This document shows positions 12,381 through 24,424 of a DNA stretch of 64,000 nucleotides, piece by piece. The notes under the pieces are model-generated. The model ran no database searches. It saw only the letters and a list, made by a program, of their open reading frames with translations, and was not told the origin of the DNA. The stretch's first letter is position 1, and every line of letters begins with the position of its first letter. The stretch spans positions 190,590,001-190,654,000 of the forward strand of contig NC_058368.1 of NCBI RefSeq assembly GCF_018350175.1, given 5' to 3'. The translations under genes and the position numbers were made by a program. This DNA is from Felis catus (taxonomy: Eukaryota).

Positions 12381-12605
12381 TTTCAAAAAAATTTTTTTTT
12401 AGTGTTTATTTTTGAGAGAGAGAGAGAGAGACAGACTGTGAGCCAGGGAGGGGCAGAGAGAGAGAGGGACACACAGAATCTGAATCAGGCTCCAGGTTCT
12501 GAGCTGTCAGCACGGAGCCCGACGCAGGGCTCGAACTCATGAACTGTGAGATCATGACCTTAGCTGAAGTCAGATGCTCAACTGACTGAGCCACCCAGGC
12601 GCCCC
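12381..12605 (-). mobile_element. Can-SINE
   Basis: Full body; TSD aagaattctctt(c/t)tc at 12366 and 12606. Confidence 0.96.
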
Positions 12606-13951
12606 AAGAATTCTCTTTTCTTTCTTTGGTTTGTGTCCATATTCTTGTGCCAATTACATATGGTTTTAATTACTAAACTTTAAATAAATCTTGGTACCCT
12701 ATAGTGTAAGTTTTCTAACTTTGTTCTTTTTTCTTTGAGTTTAGCTTGATCCTTTGCATTTGCATATATATATATTAGAAATGTTTGTCAATTTTCAAAA
12801 AAAAAATCACTGGATTGCCTTGAATTTATAGATAAATTTGGGGGGAAGTAACATCTCTACATTTAAGCTTCCAGTCCAGGAACATGCTATATACCCTCTT
12901 ATTTACATCTTCTGAAGTTTTTCTTAGTATTACCAAGAAAATAGTTTTATAGTTTACTCTATAGAAGATTTGCATATCCGTTGTTAAAATATTTCCCTAG
13001 ATAACAATATTTTCTGATGTTGTTATAAAATTATGTAATTTTATGTAATTATGTAATTATATCTTATTGTTCTTTGCTTATATGAAAAATACAATTAAAT
13101 TTTGTATATTGATCTCATACTCAGTGATCTTGCTAAATCCACTCAATAATTCTATTAGTGTATAGATGCTTTTGTATTTTCCATATATACAACTATGATG
13201 TTTGACATAATAATTTTAGTTCTCCACTTGCAAATCCCATGCTATTTATTCTTCTTTATGTAATATTTTATTAGCCAGGACTCCTTTTACAATGTTTAAT
13301 AGAAGAGGTGATAGCTGGTGTCCTTCTACCTTTCTATAAAGCAGGAAGACTCTTTCAGAATTTTATCAGTAAAATATTAGATATAATACCAGATTAAGGA
13401 AGTTTCCTTTTATTTCTAGTTTGTTAAAGTTTTTTTGAAATTATAAATGGGTATTGAATTTTTTCAAAAGCTTTGCTCAGCTATTGAGTTGATCAGATAA
13501 TTTTTCTGTTAACGTGGACATTATAATGATTGAGGGTCAAATGTTAAGCCAAAGTTATATTCCTGGAATAAATATAACTTAATCATGATGTGTTTATCTT
13601 CTATATACTGATTAGTAAATTTGATTTTTGTTAACATTTTGTTAAGATTTCTATGACTAAAAACTTAAACATAAGAAAGAGTTGGCCTTATGTCTGGCTT
13701 ACTAGTAATGTCCTTGTCAAGTTTTGGCACTCATACTATTCTGACTTTCTAAAACCAGTTTAAAAGTGTTACCCTTTTTCCACTTCCTGGTGCAATTTGT
13801 GTGGTATTATTGTTATTTATTCTTTAAATGTTTGTGAGAAAAACACCCTCTCACCTGGGCTTAGAGTTTCATTTGTCAGAGATATTAAATGATGGATTAA
13901 ATTTCTTTAATAGATATGAGACTTTTCAGTTTTTGTTACATGTGATTTTTA

Positions 13952-14184
13952 TTTTATTTTATTTTTTTTTTTAATTTTTTTTCAACGTTTATTTATTTTT
14001 GGGACAGAGAGAGACAGAGCATGAACAGGGGAGGGGCAGAGAGAGAGGGAGACACAGAATTGGAAACAGGCTCCAGGCTCTGAGCCATCAGCCCAGAGCC
14101 TGACGCGGGGCTCGAACTCACGGACAGCGAGATCGTGACCTGGCTGAAGTCGGACGCTTAACCGACTGCGCCACCCAGGCGCCC
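13952..14184 (-). mobile_element. Young Can-SINE (SINEC_Fc-type)
   Basis: CpGs intact; perfect 17-bp TSD gttacatgtgattttta at 13935 and 14185. Confidence 0.97.
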
Positions 14185-14513
14185 GTTACATGTGATTTTT
14201 AAAGTATATTTACATTTCAACTAGATTTTCAAATATATTGGCATAAAGTTGTTTATAACATCCACTTATCTTTTTGATATTGAGTATAATTTAAATGAAG
14301 TAAAATGTACAAGTATTAAGTGTACAGCTCCGTAAGTTTTTATGATTATACCTGTATAAGATTCACTCAGAGAAAGTTACAGATCACTTAAGAAAGTTCC
14401 ATCATACTCCTTTCCAATGAATATCTCGTATTTCCAAAGTAAGCACTGTTCTCATATATCAGAGTAGATTAGTTGCATCTGTTCTTGGACTTCATATAAA
14501 CAGAATCATACCA

Positions 14514-14517
14514 TATA

Positions 14518-14582
<65 letters not shown>

Positions 14583-14613
14583 TGTATATATGTATATGTA
14601 TATATATATATAT
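14514..14613. repeat. (TG)n(TA)n compound microsatellite
   Basis: Directly visible. Confidence 0.95.
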
Positions 14614-14734
14614 AGTATTTGGTTTCTTTCACTGATTACAATATTTTTGATAGTCATCTGTGTTGTTACGTTGGTTGGGAGTGTATTTTATCTTTATTGC
14701 AGTGTGATATTCCATTGTATGAATTTACCACAGT

Positions 14735-14950
14735 TTTTTTAAATTTTTAAAAATATTTATTTATTTTTGAGAGAGAGACAGAGTGTCCTTGGGGGAGGGG
14801 CCGAGAGAGAGGGAGACACAGAATCCAAAGCAGGCTCCCCACTCTTTGCTGTCCACACAGAGCCTGACATGGGGCTTGAACTCATGAACCATGAGATAAT
14901 GACCTGAGCCAAAGTTGGATGCTCAACTGACTGAGCCACCCAGGTGCCCC
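14735..14950 (-). mobile_element. Can-SINE
   Basis: Typical body; degenerate TSD aatt(t/c)accaca(g/a)ttttt. Confidence 0.95.
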
Positions 14951-15074
14951 AAATTCACCACAATTTTTAATCCATTTTTGTGTTGGTGGACAAATATTTT
15001 TTTTTTAATTTTAAGCTGTTATGAATATAAAGTTGGTATGGACCCTCTGTCTTTAAAAAAAAGACAAACAACCC

Positions 15075-15186
15075 ATTTTATTTTATTTTGTATTTATTTA
15101 TTTATTTTAATAGGCTCCATTCTTGAACTCGAGGACCCTGAGATTAAGAGTTGCATGCTCTACTGATTGAGCCAGCCAGGTGCCCC
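15075..15186 (-). mobile_element. Short, older carnivore SINE
   Basis: 'gaccctgagattaagagttgcatgctctactgattgagccagccaggtgcccc' with a T-rich tail. Confidence 0.85.
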
Positions 15187-15739
15187 ACTATGAATGGTCT
15201 TATACAAGTATTTTTATAGATATATGTACTTATGTCTTTTTGGTATATATCTAGGCATAGAATTGGTAGGCCATAGGGTAGGATATATATTTAACAATAT
15301 GAGAAACCACCAGGTAGTTGTCAAATATGGTTGAACCATTTTACATTCTACCAGTAATGTATAATGGTCAAAACTGCTCCACACTCCCTCCAAGGTATGG
15401 TTTTGTCATCCTTTTTAATTTTAGCCCTACTAGTGAGTATGGCTTAGTTGATTTGAATTTCCCTGTTGAGTTACACGTTGAGAATCTTTCATGTTCTTAT
15501 TGACCTTTTGAAAATCTTCTATTGAAAGATGTCTTTTCAAGCCATGTGCTCATTTCCAAATAGTTGGGCTATTTACCTTTTTTTTTTTTTTTAGTGATTT
15601 ATAGGAATTGTGGCACATTATACATATGAGTCTGTTGTCATATATTTATATATCTCTATATAATATTTTCTCCTAGTCTGTGGCTTGCCTTTTCACTTTG
15701 GTAAAGATATCATTGATGGGCAGTAGATTTAGGTTTTCT

Positions 15740-16940
15740 TCTTTCCTTTTTATTTATTTATTTTTTTTTGAAATATACTTGATGTACAATGCTATATTAG
15801 TTTCAGGTGCACAACATAGTGATTCAACAATCCTATACATTATGCAATGCTCACCATAATAAGTATAGTTACCATCTGTCACCACACAAAGTTATTGCAA
15901 TATTATTGGCTATATTCCCTATGCTGTAGTTTCCATCCCCTTGACTTACTTATTTTATAGCTGGAAATTTTTACCTCTTTATCTCCTTTATCTATTATGT
16001 TTCTCCCCTCTGGCAACTGCCAGTTTGTTCTCAGTATTTATAAGCATTTGTTTGTTTGTTCATTTGTTTTGTTCTTTAGATTCCACATAGAAGTGAACTC
16101 ATGGTATTTATCTTTGTCTGTCTGACTTATTTCACTTAGCATACCTCTAAGTCCATCCATGTTGTTACAAATAACAAGATCTCATTTTTTATAGCTGAGT
16201 AATATTCTATTGTGTATACATATATCATATCTTCTTTATCCATTCATCTATCAGTGGACACTTAGATTGCTCCCATATCTTGGCTATTGTAAATAATGTT
16301 GCAGTAAACATAGGGGTACATATCTTTTCTAATTAGTGGTTTCATTTTCTTTGGGAAATAGCCAGTAGTGTAATTATTGGGTCAAATGGTATTTCTATAT
16401 TTAACTTTTTGAGGAGTCTCCATACTGTTTACCATAGTGGCTGAGTCAATTTACATTCCCACCAACAGTGCATGAGGGTTCTTTTTTCTCCACATCTCAT
16501 CAACACTTACTTATCTTTTTGACACTGGCCATTCTTAGGGGTGTGAGGTGATCTCATTGTGGTTTCGATTTATATTTCCCTGATGATTAGTGCATCTTTT
16601 CATGTGTTTTTTGGCCATCTGTATGTCTACTTGGATTCAGGTCCTCTGCCCATTTGCAAATCAGATTAAAAGGAGATTTTTGGTGTAAATTGTTTGAGTT
16701 CTTTACATATTTTAGATATTAACCCCAGATTAGATAGATCATTGGCAAGTGTCTTCTTCCATTCAGAACGTTATCTTTTCATTTTGTTGATGGTTTCATT
16801 TGCTTTGCAAAAGATTTCTAGTTTTACATAATCTCAATAGTTGATTTTTGCTTTTGTTTCCCTTGTCTGAGGAATCATACCCAGAAAAATGCTGCAAAGG
16901 CCAATGTTAGGAGATTAGTGCTATGTTTCCTTTTAGGTGT
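15740..16940 (-). mobile_element. 5'-truncated carnivore L1 (L1_Carn-like) 3' end
   Basis: T-rich tail followed by 'tatattagtttcaggtgcacaacatagtgattc' and the L1 ORF2 C-terminal region; less diverged than its host L1. Confidence 0.85.
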
Positions 16941-18089
16941 TTTAAAATATCTTAGTTTTAATGAAGTCGGTTGTATCGTTTAGAAAAAGAAAACTTTGAT
17001 TTGTGTTCTTTGTGTTTTGTTTAAGAAATTACCTTCAGTAAATGAAGACATTCACAAAAGTTTTATTTTAGAAACTTTATAGATTTCTTTAAATTCACAA
17101 TCTACTTCAAATTAACTTTTATATATAGTATGAAGTAAAGGTTAAGGTTTTTTTGTTTTTTTCTCAGATGTTTAACATCTGAAAGCCTTCCTTTCTTGGT
17201 TGAATTGCTCTAGCAAAATAAAGCAACCTTTTGTGTATAAATCTATTTCCTGACTCTATAGTCTGCCCCATTGATCTAGTTGTCTAGTCTTGCTCCCAAT
17301 ACCACACTGTCACACTGTCTTAATTGCTATAGCATTATTGAAATTCTTAAAATTTAGTATTGTATGCTTACATTTATTTTTCCTTAAGATTTTTATAGCT
17401 AGACTAGATATATTTTATACAAATTTTAGTGCAATCTTGTCGATTTCTGCCAAAAACAAAGAATTATTTGGATTTTGGTAGGGAACACATTGAATGTATA
17501 CATTAATTTTTGGTGCAAGGTAATTGTTATCTTAATGAATCTTCCAGTTCATGACTCTAGAGTAAATTTCTATTCAATGGATATTTGAAGCTTAAATTTA
17601 AAGCTTAAACTAATCTTGCCTTTCTGGAATAAAGCCCACCTGGTCATGATGTATTGTCCTTTTTCACATATTTCTCTTTTCGACTTGCTGGTATGTTTTA
17701 GACATTTTATATTTCTGTCCGTTACTTTTCTTTAAAAACTTTGTTGGTATCAGGATATTGTTGGCCTCATAAAATGAGTTAGGAATTGTTTATTTGGTCT
17801 TTTTATTCTGAAAGACTTTGTACCAATAATATTGGTATTATTTGTATATTTGAGTGTTTGGGAGAATTCTGTTTTAAATTATAGATTTTAATTCTTTAAC
17901 CAATACAGAAATATTTTGTTTTTATTTATTTTTCTGTGTCAGTTTTGGTAAGATGTGTTTTTAATCAACTTGTTTATTCATCTCTCTGGGCAATTTATTA
18001 ATGCAAAATTGTTCATAATATTCTCTTGTTATTATTTAATATCTGAGGTGATGTTCATTTTTAATTTCTGATAGTGATGGTTTATATAT

Positions 18090-18273
18090 TTTTCTTTTTT
18101 TTTAGTTTATTTATTTATTTTGAAAGGAAGAGAGGGAGAGAGAGAATCCCAAGCAGGTTCTGCACTGTCAGCACGGAGCCTAACATGGGACTTGAACTCA
18201 TGAAACCATGAAATCATGAACTGAGCCAAAACCAGGAGTTGGATGCTTAACCAACTGAGTCACCCAAGTGCCC
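18090..18273 (-). mobile_element. Can-SINE
   Basis: 'gagaatcccaagcaggttctgcactgtcagc...cacccaagtgccc'. Confidence 0.93.
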
Positions 18274-18333
18274 TATGTATTTCTTTTCTTGATTAGTCTT
18301 GTAAGGAAGTTATTTTAAAAATTGCTAAAATAT

Positions 18334-18546
18334 GGGGCACCTGGGTGGTTCCATCGGTCAAGCGTCTGACATCGGCTCAGGTCATGATCTTGTGGCCCGT
18401 GAGTTCGCTCCCCAGTCAGGCTCTGTGCTGACAGCTCAGGGCTTGGAGCCTGCTTCGGATTCTGTGTCTCCCTCTCTCTCTGCTCCTCCTCTGCTCACAC
18501 TCTGTCTCTCTCTCAAAATTAACTAAAGATTAAAAAAAATTTTTTT
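18334..18546 (+). mobile_element. Can-SINE
   Basis: Head 'ggggcacctgggtgg', CT-rich tract, A-rich tail. Confidence 0.95.
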
Positions 18547-18693
18547 AATTGCTCAAAGAACCAATTTTTTGCATTGTTGATTTTCTATTTCATTGATTTC
18601 TGTTCATTTCTACTCCCTATTTTAGTTTTAGATTCATGACAAGTAAGCTTAAATAATTTATTTTAAACATTTTCCAATATATACATTTCAAGT

Positions 18694-18815
18694 GGGGTGC
18701 CTGGGGTGGCTCAGTTAGTTAAGTGTCTGGCTCTTGATCTGAGCTCAGGTCTTGATCTCAGGTCATGAGTTCAAGCCCCGTATTGGGCTCTGTGCTGGGT
18801 GTGAAGCCTACTTAG
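18694..18815 (+). mobile_element. Short carnivore SINE lacking the CT tract
   Basis: 'ggggtgcctggggtggctcagttagttaag...gtgaagcctactta'. Confidence 0.88.
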
Positions 18816-18952
18816 AAAATATACATACAAAATATATACATACAAAATATACAAATATACAAATATATACAAAAAATATACATACAAAATATATGTATGT
18901 ACATATGTCTGTGTGTGTATGCATATATATATGTATGTATATATATATATAT
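18816..18952. repeat. Degenerate (AAAATATACATAC)n and (TA)-rich array in the SINE tail
   Basis: Directly visible variable 8-15-bp units. Confidence 0.85.
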
Positions 18953-19957
18953 TCAAAGCTATAAAATTTTCTCTACACTCTGCTTTAGTTCCATTTCACA
19001 AATTTTGACATGTTGAAATTAAACTTCTGGTTTAATTCAATTATGGACAGAGAACTTCTTTTTTGGTTTCATTGCTTTTAAACTTTTGAGATGTGCTTTA
19101 CCAAGCATTCTGGTCTATTCTGGAGAATGTTCCACATTCTGTAGTTATTGTTTGTCATATTTAATATCAACTGTGTCAAATTTGCTAAGGGGTTGTGCAA
19201 AATCTCCTTTGCCAATACTGAATATTACTGAATAATTTTGTTCCATTGATTGATTACTGCTAGTTTTATGAATTACTGAGAGAGATGTTACTACCTCCAA
19301 CTATAACTATAGATTTGTCTTTTTTCTTAGTTCTATCAAATCTAGCTTTAATTTTTGCTTCATGTATTTTGAAGTGATGCTGTTCATTACATACACATTT
19401 GGAATGGTGTCCTCTATTAGCCAACCATTTTTGTTATTATGAAATCCCCCTTTATCTCTAATAATACTCCATGTCTTGATGTCTACTTTTTCTGATATTT
19501 ATACAGCCACACCAACATTATGGTTAGAGGATGTATGGTATATATTTTTTCAAACCATTTTGCTTTCAACTTATCTCTGCATTTATATATGTATGTTTCT
19601 TATAAAAAATATAGTTGTGCTTTATTTTTTCCAATCTGTCTGGAAAAATTGTATGCCAGATTATTTGACAATCTGTCTTATTATGAACCACTTTATGCCA
19701 ATAGATGGAGTATTTGTTCATAAAAAATCAAATGTAATCATTGATATATTTTCTTTTGTGTCTAGTGGCTTATTATTTTTTATTTATCCCATCTTTATTT
19801 TTCTCTGTATTTACCTTCTTTCTGATTAGTCATGTGGTTTTAAATCACTCAGGTTAAGCTATAACATCTTGGGCTTTTTTTGGCTTTTTGGGTTTTGTTT
19901 TTGGTTTTTGGATTTTTTGTTTGTTTTTAATGGTCATTTTGGTAAGCATTTAGTACT

Positions 19958-20170
19958 TTGGCTTTCTCAATCTCAGCAATATTGACTTTTGGGCACAGGT
20001 AATTTTTTGTTGTAGGAGCTGTTTTATGCATCGTACAATGTTTAGCAGCATCTCTGGACAGTAGCTCTCCCCAACCTCCACTCCTCCAACCCCCTCCCCA
20101 AACTCCAGCCCCACTTGAGACAACCAACTATCCCTTTGGGGGAAAAATTACCAAAGGTGAGAAGCACTGC
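19958..20170. mobile_element. MER20 hAT-Charlie MITE
   Basis: 'tttctcaatctcagcaatattgactttt...aatgtttagcagcatctctgg...tgagaagcactg'. Confidence 0.85.
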
Positions 20171-20526
20171 TCTAGTGATCACTATATGCAACCTCAATTT
20201 ATTACCCCAACTTCTCAAGATAATTGGTATTTTATTATTTCATGAGTAATGTCAAAACTTTTTTTTCAATTAAAAAGATTTTTTTGGATGTCTGCTATTT
20301 TATTTATTTTTATTTTTTATTTTTTATTTTGTTAAATTTACATCCAAATTAGTTAGCATATAGTGCAACAATGATTTCAAGAGTAGATTCCTTAATTCCC
20401 CTTACCCATTTAGCCCATCCCTCCTCCCACAACCCCTCCAGTAACCCTGAGTTTGTTCTCCATATTTATGAGTCTCTTCTGTTTTGTCCCCCTCCCTGTT
20501 TTTATATTATTTTTGTTTCCCTTCCC

Positions 20527-23500
20527 TTATGTTCCTGTTTTGTCTCTTAAAGTCTTCATATGAGTGAAGTCATATGTTTTTGTCTTTCTCTGACTAATAT
20601 CATTTAGCATAATACCCTCCGGTTCCATCCACATAGTTGCAAATGGCAAGATTTCATTCTTTTTGACTGCTGAGTGATACTCCATTGTGTATATATATAC
20701 CACATCTTCTTTATCCATTCATCCATCGATGGACATTTGGGCTCTTTCCATACTTTGGTATTACTGATGATAGTGCTGCTATAAACATGGGGGTGCACGT
20801 GTCCCTCAAAACAGCACACCTGTATCCCTTGGATAAATGCCTAGTAGTGCAATTGCTGGGTTGTAAGGTGGTTCTATTTTTAGTTTTTTGAGGAACCTCC
20901 ATACTGTTTTCCAGAGTGGCTACACCAGCTTGCATTCCCACCAACATCCTCGCCAACATCTGTTGTTGCCTGAGTTGTTAATGTTAGCCATTCTGACAGG
21001 TATAAGGTGATATTTCGTTGTGGTTTTGATTTGTACTTCCCTGATGATGAGTGATGTTGAGCATTTTTTCATGGGTTGGTTGGCCATCTGGATGTCTTCT
21101 TGGGAGAAGTGTCTATTCATGTCTTTTGCCCATTTCTTCACTGGATGATTTGTTTTTTGGGTGTTGAGTTTGATCAGTTCTTTATAGATTTTGGATACTA
21201 ACCCTTTATCTGATATGTCATTTGCAAATATCTTCTCCCATTCTGTCGGTTGCCTTTTAGTTTTGCTGAATGTTTCCTTTCGCTGTGCAGAAGCCTTTTC
21301 TTTTGATGAGGTCCCAGCAGTTCATTTTTGCTTTTCTTTCCCTTGCCTCCGGAGACATGTTGAGTAAGAAGTTGCTGCAGCCAAGGTCAAAAAGGTTTTT
21401 GCCTGCTTTTTCCTCAAGGATTTTGATGGCTTCCTGTCTTACATTTAGGTGTTTCATCCATTTTATTTTTGTATATGGTGTAAGAAAGTGGTCCAGGTTC
21501 ATTCTTCTGCATGTTGCTGTCCAGTTTTCCCAGAACCACTTGCTGAAGAGACTGTCTTTATTCCATTGGATATTCTTTCCTGCTTTGTCAAAGATTAGTT
21601 GGCCATACATTTGTGGGTCCATTTCTGGGTTCTCTATTCTGTTCCATTGATCTGAGTGTCTGGTTTTCTTTTTCAAGATTGCTTTGGCTATTTGGGGTCT
21701 TTTCTGGTTCCATACAAATTTTAGGATTATTTATTCTAGCTCTGTGAAGAATGGTGGTGTTATTTTGATAGGGATTGCATTGAATGTGTAGATTGCTTTG
21801 GGTAGTATGGACATTTTAACAATATTTGTTCTTCCTATCCAGCAGCATGGAATCTTTTTCCATTTTTTTGTGTCATCTTTGATTTCTTTCATAAGCTTTC
21901 TATAGTCTTCAGTGTATAGATTTTTCACCTCTTTGGTTAGATTTATTCCTAGGTATTTTATGTTTTTCTGTGCAACTGTAAATGGGATCAATTCCTTGAT
22001 TTCTCTTTTTGTTGCTTCATTGTTGATGTATAGGAATGCAACCGATTTCCGTGTGTTGATTTTATATCCTGAAACTTTGCTGAATTCATGAATCAATTCT
22101 CGCAGTTTTTTGGTGGAATCTTTTGGGTTTTCCATCTATAGTATCATGTTGTCTACGAAGAGTGAAAGTTTGACCTCCTCCTGGCCAGTTTGGATGCCTT
22201 TTATTTCTTTGTGTTGTCTGATTGCAGAGGCTAAGACTTCCAATACTATGTTGAATAACAGTGGCGAGAGTGGACATCCCTGTCTTGTTCCTGACCTTAG
22301 GGGGAAAGCTCTCAGTTTTTCCCCATTGAGGATGATATTAGCGTTGGGTCACTTGTATGTGGCTTTTATGATCTCGAGGTATGCTCCTTCTATCCCTACT
22401 TTCTTGAAGGTTTTTATCAAGAAAGGGTGGTGTATTTTGTCAAATGCTTTCTCTGCATCTATTGAGAGGATCATATGGTTCTTGTCCTTTCTTTTATTGA
22501 TGTGATGAATCACGTTCATTGTTTTGTGGATATTGAACCAGCCCTGCATCTCAGGTATAAATCCTACTTGGTTGTGGTGAATAATTTTTTTAATGTATTG
22601 TTGGATCCGGTTGGCTGATATCTTGTTGAAGATTTTTGCATTCATGTTCATCAGGGAAATTGGTCTATAGTTCTCCTTTTTAGTGGGGTCTCTGTCTGGT
22701 TTTGGGTTTTGGAATCAAGGTAATGCTGGCTTCATAGAAAGAGTTTGGAAGTTTTCCTTCCATTTCTATTTTTTGGAAAAGCTTCAAGAGAATAGGTGTT
22801 AACTCTTTCTTAAATGTTTGGTAGAATTCCCCTGGAAAGCCATCTGGCTCTGGACTCTTGTGTTTTGGCAGATTTTTGATTACTCACTCGATTTCCTTAC
22901 TGGTTATGGTCAGTTCAAATTTTCTATTTCTTCCTGTTTCAGTTTTGGTAGTGTATATATTTCTAGGAATTTGTTCATTTCTTTCATATTGCCCATTTTA
23001 TTCACATATAATTGTTCAAAATATTCTCTAATTACTGTTTTTATTTCTGCTGTGTTGGTTGTGATCTCTCCTCTTTCATTGTTGATTTTATTTATTTGGG
23101 ATCTTCCTTTTTCTTTTTGACCAAACTGGCTAGTGGTTTATCAGTTTTGTTAATTCTTTCAAAGAACCAGCTTCTGGTTTCATTGATCTGTTCTGTTTTT
23201 TTTGTTTGTTTGTTTTGTTTCGATAGCATTAATTTCTGCTCTAATCTTTATTATTTCCTGTCTTCTGTTGGTTTTGGGTTTTATTTGATGTTCTTTTTCC
23301 AGCTTCTTAAGGTGTAAGCTTAGGTTGTATATCAGATCTTTCTTCCTTCTTTGGGAAGTCCTGGATTGCTATATACTTTCCTCTTATGACCGCCTTTGCT
23401 GTGTCCCAGAGGTTTTGGGTTGTGGTATTATCATTTTCATTGACTTCCATATACTTTTTAATTTCCTCTTTAACTTCTTGGTTAGCCCATTCATTCTTTA

Positions 23501-24266
23501 GCAGGATGTTCTTCAGTCTCCAAGTATTTGTTACCTTTCCAAATTTTTTCTTGTGGTTGATTTCAAGTTTAATAGTGTTGTGGTCTGAAAATATGCACGG
23601 TATGATCTCGATCTTTTTGTACTTACTTGGGGCTGATTTGTGTCCCAGTGTGTGGTCTATTCTGGAGAACATTCCATGTGCACTGGAGAAGAATGTATAT
23701 TCTGCTTCTTTAGGATGAAATGTTCTGAATATATCTGTTAAGTCCATCTGGTCCAGTGTGTCATTCAAAGCCATTGTTTCCTTGTTGATTTTTTGATTAG
23801 ACGATCTGTCCATTGCTGTGAGTGGGGTGTTGAAGTCTCCCACTCTTATGGTATTACTATTGACAAGTTTCTTTATGTTTGTGATTAATTGATGTATATA
23901 TTTGTGTGCTCTCACATTGGCACATAAATATTTACAATTGTTAGGTCTTCTTGGTGGATAGCCCCCTTGATTATTATATAATGCCCTTCTGCATCTCTTG
24001 ATACAGTCTTTATTTTAAAATCTAGATTATCTGATATAAGTATGGCTACTCTGGCTTTCTTTTGTTGACTGTTAGCATGATAGATGGTTCTCCATCCTCT
24101 ATTTCAATCTGAAGGTATGTTTAGGTCTAAAGTGGGTCTCTTGTAAACAGCATATAGATGGATCTTGTTTTCTTATCCATTCTGTTACCCTATGTCTTTT
24201 GATTGGAGCATTGAGTCCATTGACGTTTAGAGTGAGTACTGAAAGACATGAATTCATGGCCATCAT
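20527..24266 (-). pseudogene. L1 ORF2p (endonuclease/reverse transcriptase), disrupted
   Basis: Starts MMAMNSCLSVLTLNVNGLNAPIKRH; fragments include [58 protein letters not shown] and MEYHSAVKKNE; multiple frameshifts and stops. Confidence 0.95.
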
Positions 24267-24328
24267 GATGCTTGTAGAATTGGAGTTTCTAGTGGTGTTC
24301 TCTGGTCCTTTCTAATCTTTGTTGCTTT

Positions 24329-24330
<2 letters not shown>

Positions 24331-24400
<70 letters not shown>

Positions 24401-24419
24401 ATGTATACATATATATATA
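24331..24419. repeat. (TA)~25(TG)~10 microsatellite inside the L1 at the ORF1 end
   Basis: Directly visible. Confidence 0.97.
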
Positions 24420-24424
24420 ATCTT

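Larger units (their letters stand above)
12320..14275 (-). mobile_element. Ancient L1M relic, outer element, left segment (ORF2 region)
   Basis: Degenerate antisense L1 ORF2 motifs ('tttatagataaatttggggg', 'agattaaggaagtttcctttt', 'ggcataaagttgtttataa'); the sequence resumes at ~29383. Confidence 0.75.
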
